Origin: a virus
Taxonomy: Duplodnaviria; Caudoviricetes
Length of the DNA: 58,403 bases
IMG/VR virus record: IMGVR_UViG_3300007276_000054
Coordinates: 1 to 58,403 of that record
Direction: 5' to 3' (one strand)
The translations under genes were made by a program, and so were the position numbers. The notes beneath the pieces are model-generated. The model did no database searches. It was not told where the DNA came from and was given only the letters and a program-made list of their open reading frames with translations. Below are positions 52,283-58,403 of this stretch, piece by piece; within the stretch, counting starts at the first letter, position 1; the number at the start of each line of letters is the position of its first letter.

Positions 52283-52897
52283 ATGAATATTTTTCAAGAA
52301 ACGTGGGAAGAGTACCTGCTAACTATCGGGCACGAGCACGAGAACAACAGGCAGAGACCCAACGTAGAGTGCCGGGCCGCGTTCTCAAATGCGTGCGCAC
52401 CTTTCTTTCACAACGATAACGTTTCAAAACTGTGGTCAAAAGACAGGACTACAGTATACCATTATCTTCGCAGTCACGAAACATACTACAGATACAGCAA
52501 GGATTACAGGGAGTGGTTCAACGCGGCTACACAGGTAGTCACTGACAAGATTGAGCTCGTTGACCTGAATGACTTGACTGGAGAAGCAAAGAATAAAATA
52601 GGAGCTCATGAGCAAATTGATTCAATCACAGGGACAATCAAAGTCCTCCAAAACGTCCTTAGAAAAATCGAAGCCAGAGTACGAGGCAGTAGACCATCCC
52701 AGTCACTACAAGACGGGGGGCAAGGAAGTGTACCAGATGATGCAAGACATATGGGGGACAGAATTGTACATAGGGTTCTGCGAGATGAACAGCTTCAAGT
52801 ATCGGATGAGGGCAGGAAAGAAGCCGGGTCAGTCGATGAGTCAGGACATGGAGAAGGCCAAGTGGTACGAGAACCAAGTGAAGCTACTCAAGGATGA
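52283..52897 (+). CDS. DnaA domain IV-like HTH protein
   Basis: R.R..VE.R.AF......VS.LW.KDRTTVYHY...HE motif; 3' half overlaps the DUF3310 gene. Confidence 0.55.
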   Translation: MNIFQETWEEYLLTIGHEHENNRQRPNVECRAAFSNACAPFFHNDNVSKLWSKDRTTVYHYLRSHETYYRYSKDYREWFNAATQVVTDKIELVDLNDLTGEAKNKIGAHEQIDSITGTIKVLQNVLRKIEARVRGSRPSQSLQDGGQGSVPDDARHMGDRIVHRVLRDEQLQVSDEGRKEAGSVDESGHGEGQVVREPSEATQG

Positions 52898-52985
52898 AAG
52901 AGAGAAAGGTAACAATCTACCCGACAATCTATCGCACACAAGAGGCAGTAGTCACGACGTTGGATACTGTTCTAACGAGGATTAA
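52608..52985 (+). CDS. DUF3310 (SaV-like) protein
   Basis: VDHPSHY...E......GFC..N..KY..RAGKK.....D..KA.WY. Confidence 0.8.
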   Translation: MSKLIQSQGQSKSSKTSLEKSKPEYEAVDHPSHYKTGGKEVYQMMQDIWGTELYIGFCEMNSFKYRMRAGKKPGQSMSQDMEKAKWYENQVKLLKDEREKGNNLPDNLSHTRGSSHDVGYCSNED

Positions 52986-54690
52986 AGAAGGGAGGAGTAA
53001 AGAACAGGTCACCAACGTTAGAGGGGGCGACAAGACAGCCAAACAAAAACTACCCGCAGTCTGTTTCAGTGGCATCTTTAAAGATGGAAAGAGAAACGAC
53101 GACGCACTGCTCTATCATAGTGGACTGGTTGTTCTAGACTTTGACCACGTTGACGTTGACCGCACTAAGAAAGCGCTGGCCGCAAACAAGTACATAGCTG
53201 CTTGTTGGGTATCTCCTAGCGGAGACGGAGTCAAGGCACTTGTAGAGGTAACTAATACGGAGAAGCACCGAGAGCACTATCGGTCCCTGAAGAAATACTT
53301 TGATGAGCAGTACGGCTTAGAGCTTGACAGTACAGGTGAGAACGAATCCCGGGCTTGCTTTGAAAGCTTTGACCCCGACCTAGTATTTAAAGCAGAGTTC
53401 GAGAAGTATGGTGGCATGTTGTCTGACCGCTCAGAGCAGCAACAAATCAAAGACACGGGAGAGAAGACAGATTATCAGAAGGTGAACATCGCCTCGATGA
53501 TGATTAGCAAAGCCGAAGAAGGAGAGAAGCACAACATCTTAGTCAAAGCTGCTACTTTACTTGGTGGTTTTGTAGCGTCAGGAATAGTCGAGGAATCTGT
53601 TGCTCACTGGGTGTTGCTTCGTGAGATTTCTAAGCGTGATGTAAGAGACTTAGACGCTGCAAAGAAGAGCATCAAAGAAGGTATTGAGAACGGAAAGAAA
53701 CTCCCTATCTCTGAGGTGTTGAACAACGAGGAGCGCATCCGTAGAGAGATGAAGCTTACCGACGGTGACATGAGCTTTGTGTCTAGCGACAACGTTGACT
53801 ATGATTGGATTGAGAGGTACGTAGCGGGCGACATTCCTGTTGGTCTATCTACAGGAAACGAGTACTTGGACAATAACTTTGTTTTCAAGAAGGAGTTTGT
53901 AATGATAAACGGGCACAGCAACATTGGCAAAACGACATTTGCTTTATGGATGATGGTTGCCAGCTCGATGAATCACAACTGGCGCTGGGTTATTTACTCT
54001 AGTGAGAACAGAACCGCTGCAATCAAGATGAAGCTTGTGACGTTTGCCCTTAACAAGCAGATTGGAATCACTACCTATCAAGAACGAAAGAAAGCTCGTG
54101 AGTGGGTTGAAGAGCACTTCATTGTGATTGATAACAGCAAGGTGTACAGTTACACGGACATCATCTTGTTCTGTGAAAAGATTCACCGACAGAACCCCAT
54201 CGACGGGTTGTTCATTGACCCATACAACAGCTTGAAGATTGAGATGTCGTCAGGTAGAGGGGTGGGTGTACATGAGTACCATTACGAGGCTGCTAGTGAG
54301 TTCCTGACCTTTAGCAACAACTTAGATATTGCTGTCTGGGTAAACGCTCACAGCGTTACAGAATCTCAGCGTCGTAAAGGAGATGATGGCTTACCTATCG
54401 CTCCATTTGCTGAAGACACAGAGCACGGAGGTAAGTGGGTCAATAGAAGTGACTGCTTCATTACACTGCATCGAAAGATTCAAAGCCCTGACCCTCTACA
54501 ACGCCGGTGTATTGAAATGCACGTGCGCAAAGTCAGAGAGACTGATACAGGTGGTAAACCTACCCCGTACATAGAGCCTTTGTTGTTTGAATTCAACAGC
54601 ACAATGAGTGGATACATGATGTTGAAACCAAATACAAAACTGTTCACAAGCCTAGGTGAACAACTTGTTGGCGAACAGACGTCCCTTTGA
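52894..54690 (+). CDS. Primase-helicase: BT4734/VirE-N-like primase domain + SF4-like helicase
   Basis: K..LPAVCFSG.F...HSGLVVLDFD...SPSGDGVK...SRACF.SFD; Walker A GHSNIGKT; IDPYN; KVR. Confidence 0.85.
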   Translation: MKERKVTIYPTIYRTQEAVVTTLDTVLTRIKEGRSKEQVTNVRGGDKTAKQKLPAVCFSGIFKDGKRNDDALLYHSGLVVLDFDHVDVDRTKKALAANKYIAACWVSPSGDGVKALVEVTNTEKHREHYRSLKKYFDEQYGLELDSTGENESRACFESFDPDLVFKAEFEKYGGMLSDRSEQQQIKDTGEKTDYQKVNIASMMISKAEEGEKHNILVKAATLLGGFVASGIVEESVAHWVLLREISKRDVRDLDAAKKSIKEGIENGKKLPISEVLNNEERIRREMKLTDGDMSFVSSDNVDYDWIERYVAGDIPVGLSTGNEYLDNNFVFKKEFVMINGHSNIGKTTFALWMMVASSMNHNWRWVIYSSENRTAAIKMKLVTFALNKQIGITTYQERKKAREWVEEHFIVIDNSKVYSYTDIILFCEKIHRQNPIDGLFIDPYNSLKIEMSSGRGVGVHEYHYEAASEFLTFSNNLDIAVWVNAHSVTESQRRKGDDGLPIAPFAEDTEHGGKWVNRSDCFITLHRKIQSPDPLQRRCIEMHVRKVRETDTGGKPTPYIEPLLFEFNSTMSGYMMLKPNTKLFTSLGEQLVGEQTSL

Positions 54691-54704
54691 ATGTAAATTG
54701 TAAA

Positions 54705-55187
54705 ATGTCACAGCGATACAAAAAGAATCTGACTCGTCCACATAAGTCGAAGAAGAGAAACCTGAGTAGAGGTCGTGTTACCATGAAGTCTACACTTGAA
54801 ACGTATTGCTATGACCAGCTGAAGGAGGCAAAGCTCAAGTTCTATTATGAGCCTGAAACGTTTGAGCTGGTGAGCTCATTTAGATACGGCGGAGTATACT
54901 ACAAGTCGTCAAAGGGGAAGGATGTCATGACAAACGCTACAGAAAGGGTAGTGTTGCCAATTAAATACACCCCTGACTTCGTTAGTCACGAGCACAAGTT
55001 CATCATAGAAACTAAGGGCTATGTCCCTTCTCAGCACACGTTTCCGCTACGTTGGAAGCTATTCTTACATTACCTAAGAGACAATGATATGGACGATTAC
55101 ATGTTGTTCATTCCTAAAAATAAAAAGCAAGTCGATGAAACGATTCGCGTAATCAAACAACACCTAAATGGACAAGGAGAAACTTAG
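54705..55187 (+). CDS. Endonuclease (T7 endonuclease I-like, possible resolvase)
   Basis: KS.LE...YEPE...KYTPDF...IIETKG motif. Confidence 0.75.
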   Translation: MSQRYKKNLTRPHKSKKRNLSRGRVTMKSTLETYCYDQLKEAKLKFYYEPETFELVSSFRYGGVYYKSSKGKDVMTNATERVVLPIKYTPDFVSHEHKFIIETKGYVPSQHTFPLRWKLFLHYLRDNDMDDYMLFIPKNKKQVDETIRVIKQHLNGQGET

Positions 55188-55392
55188 TAGGTTGTATAGC
55201 TTCTCCACAATAGAAATACAGAAGCTAACTACCGAGCTCTACGAAGAGCTTCATAACGACAAAGGGGAACCCAAGCTTGAATGGGAGCCAATGCTCAACG
55301 ACGTAAGAAAATACAAGCGATTGGTCATTCAAGAACTAGAGGCTCTGAAGGTTGCACTTAAAGAGTTCTTGGAGCACCATGAGCACAGTTGA
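55168..55392 (+). CDS. Hypothetical protein
   Basis: 74-aa helical ORF in the operon. Confidence 0.6.
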   Translation: MDKEKLSRLYSFSTIEIQKLTTELYEELHNDKGEPKLEWEPMLNDVRKYKRLVIQELEALKVALKEFLEHHEHS

Positions 55393-55966
55393 ACGAGATA
55401 AAAAATGGGGGGCGGTAGTAGAGCATCAGTGGGCTGCTTGGCTTAAGGCTAGGATACCCGACGTGGAGGTTACTCATGCCCCTGACTTAAAGCACCCGGC
55501 TTGGGATATGTACACCACCGTACCTACAGGAAGGAGGAGGTACTACGAAGTTAAATGGGACGCCAGCGCACAGGCACCATGGAAAGATTATCGTGGCAAC
55601 AAAAGAGACGCTACAGGTAACGTCTTCATTGAGTATGAAAACCCCTACCGCAATGAGAAGTCTGGCATCGAGGCGTCTGACGCACATTACTGGGTGTACG
55701 TAATGAAGATGGCTTACGAGCTCGTTGGCATGGAGCAGGTGCAGAAGTACAAGGTTCAGGCTCTCGTGCTTGACAAGGAGCTGCTCAAATCGTTCACGGC
55801 AGACGGCAACTACAGGGTTGTAGACACCAAAAGAGATTCCAAAGGAGGCCAACCTAACGCCCGAGGAAAGCTAGTCCCCATCTCGGATATACTATCAAAC
55901 AAAGAAGCTTCAGGACTACGAATGAAAGTAGATTTTACTGAGTATCTTCGCCCACTTTTTCTTTAA
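55379..55966 (+). CDS. PD-(D/E)XK-type nuclease-like protein
   Basis: WD......YEVK.D...TGNVFIEY...SGI..S.A.YW motif. Confidence 0.65.
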   Translation: MSTVERDKKWGAVVEHQWAAWLKARIPDVEVTHAPDLKHPAWDMYTTVPTGRRRYYEVKWDASAQAPWKDYRGNKRDATGNVFIEYENPYRNEKSGIEASDAHYWVYVMKMAYELVGMEQVQKYKVQALVLDKELLKSFTADGNYRVVDTKRDSKGGQPNARGKLVPISDILSNKEASGLRMKVDFTEYLRPLFL

Positions 55967-55978
55967 TCCCATACTATT

Positions 55979-57883
55979 ATGAGTAAACCATCTCAGACCC
56001 CGGATATTCCATGGGGTCCAGTAGGATACGTGACCTATAAAAGAACGTATTCTCGCAAATTAAATGAAAAGGCCAGCGAAGAATGGCCTGACACTGTTTC
56101 CCGTGTGCTTTCTGCCTGCGACAAACAGCTTGGTGTTGACTTCACAGATGAAGAGGAACAAGAAGTTCGTGACATCATGTTAAACTTGAAGGGCACGGTA
56201 GCAGGTAGGTTCCTGTGGCAGCTTGGAACAAAGACAGTTGATAGATTGGGACTCCCATCACTACAGAATTGCGCCTTCGTTGTTGTAGACCAACCCGTGC
56301 GTCCCTTCACATGGGCGTTCGAGATGTTAATGCTTGGAAGTGGCGTTGGGTTCAACATCCAGAGAGAGAATGTTTACCAGCTGCCTAAGCTTCAAAAGAA
56401 AAAGGTAAAGCTGGTAAGGAAAGATGAGAACGATGCAGACTTTATAGTTCCAGACTCTCGTGAAGGGTGGGTGGAGTTGCTTGACCGTGTGATTAGGGCG
56501 TCCTTTGAAACAGGACAGGGCTTCTCCTACGCAACACACCTTATCAGACCCGCCGGAGCACCAATCAAAGGCTTTGGAGGAACTGCGTCTGGAGCAGAAG
56601 ACTTGGTGAAGGGGATGGTGAGCATCAATGAGTTGCTTAACTCTCGTTCCGGTAAAAGACTGAGACCAGTTGACTGCCTTGATATCATGAATATCATTGG
56701 TAGCGTAGTGGTAGCAGGAAACGTTCGTCGGTCAGCTCAGATTGCTCTTGGCGACCACGATGACATTGAGTACTTACGCGCTAAGCGTTGGGACTTAGGG
56801 AGCATTCCAAACTGGAGGGCTATGTCAAATAACTCTGTTGTGTGCGACGACATCAGCCTTCTTCCTGAAGAGTTTTGGGAGGGGTACAAAGGAAACGGAG
56901 AACCGTATGGGTTAATCAACCTTGAATCCTCTCGTCGCATGGGTAGGACTAACGAGACTCAGTATCCTGACCCAGACGTTCAAGGATACAACCCTTGTGC
57001 TGAACAATCATTAGCTAACTTTGAGACGTGCTGCTTGGCTGAGATTTTCTTGCCAAACATTGAGTCAGAAGAGGAGTTACTTAAGGTTTCTAAGTACCTG
57101 TACAGAATCAATAAGCATAGTCTTGCGATTAAATGCGCAGTGAAGGAGACTGAAGAGATTGTCCATCAAAACATGCGAATGGGTATTGGGGTTACCGGGT
57201 ACCTACAAGCAACTGAAGAACAGCGTCAATGGTTATCTGGCGTTTACCCTAAACTAAGAGAATACGACGATGACTATTCAAGACTACGAGGATTTCCAAA
57301 GTCTATTAAGCTCACCACAGTTAAGCCCAGTGGGACGTTGTCTTTACTTGCTGGCGTTACACCGGGAGCTCATCCCGGATACTCAGAATATTTCATTAGA
57401 CGAATTAGAATGGCTTCAGGTAGCGACCTTGTACAAGCTTGTCGGGACCGAGGGTATAGCATAGAGTACGTCAAGAACTTTGATGGCACTGAAGACCATG
57501 GAACCGTAGTCGTTGAATTTCCGTGCAAGTTTCCTGAGGGTACGATGTACGCAAAAGACATGACTGCTATTGACCAACTGAAAGTAATCAAAAGATTGCA
57601 GCAAGAGTGGTCAGACAACAGCGTGTCTGTAACAATCTACTATCGCAAAGAGGAGCTAGAAGACATCAAGATGTGGCTCGCATTAGAGTATGACAACGTA
57701 AAGTCTGTTAGCTTTCTACTGCATAATGAACACGGGTTTGCGCAAGCTCCGTTTGAAGAGATTTCTAAGGAGGTCTATGACGATATGAGCTCTAAGGTTA
57801 GGCCCATTACTGGCCTTGGTGTGTTAGACATGGGGGACATCGAGATTCAAGATTGTGATACAGGAGCATGCCCAGTACGATGA
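55979..57883 (+). CDS. nrdJ: Class II (B12-dependent) ribonucleotide reductase
   Basis: YKRTYSR, LQNCAF, DSREGW, VVAGNVRRSA, NPCAE, CCLAE, TTVKPSGTLS and C-terminal C..GACPVR; no beta-subunit gene. Confidence 0.9.
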   Translation: MSKPSQTPDIPWGPVGYVTYKRTYSRKLNEKASEEWPDTVSRVLSACDKQLGVDFTDEEEQEVRDIMLNLKGTVAGRFLWQLGTKTVDRLGLPSLQNCAFVVVDQPVRPFTWAFEMLMLGSGVGFNIQRENVYQLPKLQKKKVKLVRKDENDADFIVPDSREGWVELLDRVIRASFETGQGFSYATHLIRPAGAPIKGFGGTASGAEDLVKGMVSINELLNSRSGKRLRPVDCLDIMNIIGSVVVAGNVRRSAQIALGDHDDIEYLRAKRWDLGSIPNWRAMSNNSVVCDDISLLPEEFWEGYKGNGEPYGLINLESSRRMGRTNETQYPDPDVQGYNPCAEQSLANFETCCLAEIFLPNIESEEELLKVSKYLYRINKHSLAIKCAVKETEEIVHQNMRMGIGVTGYLQATEEQRQWLSGVYPKLREYDDDYSRLRGFPKSIKLTTVKPSGTLSLLAGVTPGAHPGYSEYFIRRIRMASGSDLVQACRDRGYSIEYVKNFDGTEDHGTVVVEFPCKFPEGTMYAKDMTAIDQLKVIKRLQQEWSDNSVSVTIYYRKEELEDIKMWLALEYDNVKSVSFLLHNEHGFAQAPFEEISKEVYDDMSSKVRPITGLGVLDMGDIEIQDCDTGACPVR

Positions 57884-58173
57884 ACCCACAACCTAGCAAA
57901 CAGTTTCTCGCTAACCTTATTGCGTTTAGAAGGGAGCAGTTCGTCCAGACTTTGGCGGACAACGAAGCGCTACTCGCTGACGGATTTGAAGAAGCTCTAA
58001 TCGGACATACTAACGGACACAACGTGGTTGCTGTGTATGACTACGACTTATGCGTACAAATCCTGATGGAGGGAGAAGGCATGAGCACTGAAGACGCCAT
58101 TGAATTCATGGAGTTTAATGTGGTAGGCTCTTACGTCGGGGAAAAGACTCCGATATTCATCTCTCTATCGTGA
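57880..58173 (+). CDS. Conserved phage protein
   Basis: ADGF..ALIG...AVYD..C...EDA.EF..FNV.G.YVGE.TPIF motif. Confidence 0.7.
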   Translation: MNPQPSKQFLANLIAFRREQFVQTLADNEALLADGFEEALIGHTNGHNVVAVYDYDLCVQILMEGEGMSTEDAIEFMEFNVVGSYVGEKTPIFISLS

Positions 58174-58260
58174 GGGCTATGAGCCATTGTTGGGTGAGCC
58201 AACTTTACTATCTTGGTACTGTTACGCCGGACTAGTGTCGGAGTTTCGTTACCTTAATTA

Positions 58261-58294
58261 GACCCCTGCTCTTCGGAGTGGGGGTTTTTATTTT
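58261..58294. terminator. Terminator at the convergence of the two genome arms
   Basis: acccctgctc-TTCG-gagtgggggt followed by a T run. Confidence 0.8.
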
Positions 58295-58403
58295 CTGGTC
58301 TTTTCGATTGTTCGGCCAGCAAAGTAAGCGCCAAAGGACGTTAGCATTAGAATCTGTAGCAGGTCGATGTAGCTATCCTTCACGTCGAACGGCCACTCTT
58401 CTA
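58288..58403 (-). CDS. Putative 3-TM holin, C-terminal part (enters from right edge)
   Basis: Manual translation: ...EEWPFDVKDSYIDLLQILMLTSFGAYFAGRTIEKTRK*; the AYF.GR..EK ending is typical of this holin family. Confidence 0.7.
   Translation of the reverse strand, partial: EEWPFDVKDSYIDLLQILMLTSFGAYFAGRTIEKTRK

Noticed and set aside
33795-57883. Introns or inteins in TerL, helicase or RNR
   Set aside because: The ORFs are uninterrupted, of ordinary length, and show no intein or homing-endonuclease motifs.
1-58403. Stop-codon reassignment as in some crAss-like phages
   Set aside because: Genes are long and densely packed under the standard code, and the only tRNA is Arg(UCU), not a suppressor.

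Overview
The window is an almost complete (~58.5 kb) circularly permuted genome of a tailed dsDNA phage, podovirus-like and apparently lytic. A 3-TM holin gene runs off the left edge and its C-terminus re-enters at the right edge. The host is almost certainly a Bacteroidota (probably an aquatic flavobacterium): there are many TAnnTTTG promoters, a T9SS type-B sorting domain and a BT4734-type primase. Gene order and protein signatures resemble crAss-related / Cellulophaga phi38:1-like marine phages (recognised from memory, not from a search). The minus-strand arm (1-44.3 kb) holds lysis genes, a 3301-aa polyvalent/ejection protein, tail muzzle and ring proteins, major capsid, fibres, portal, terminase, a tandem GroES and small basic proteins. 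The plus-strand arm (44.7-58.2 kb) holds early hypothetical genes, ArdC, a recombination pair, tRNA-Arg(UCU), primase-helicase, nucleases and a class II RNR. I recognised no DNA polymerase, RNA polymerase, sigma factor or integrase. The most notable observations are: (1) a phage-encoded signal-peptide protein with a T9SS type-B C-terminal domain and a stalk of 8 Bacteroidota O-glycosylation sequons; (2) a 9-copy CAATAW-N14/15-CGTT motif in front of early genes, distinct from the host-type promoters, several of which appear to make leaderless mRNAs; (3) a giant protein whose putative effector domains are bounded exactly by repeated [VI][RK]FQ motifs downstream of a HExxH peptidase; (4) two candidate structured ncRNAs; (5) apparent GATC avoidance. 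All functional calls come from motif recognition by eye.
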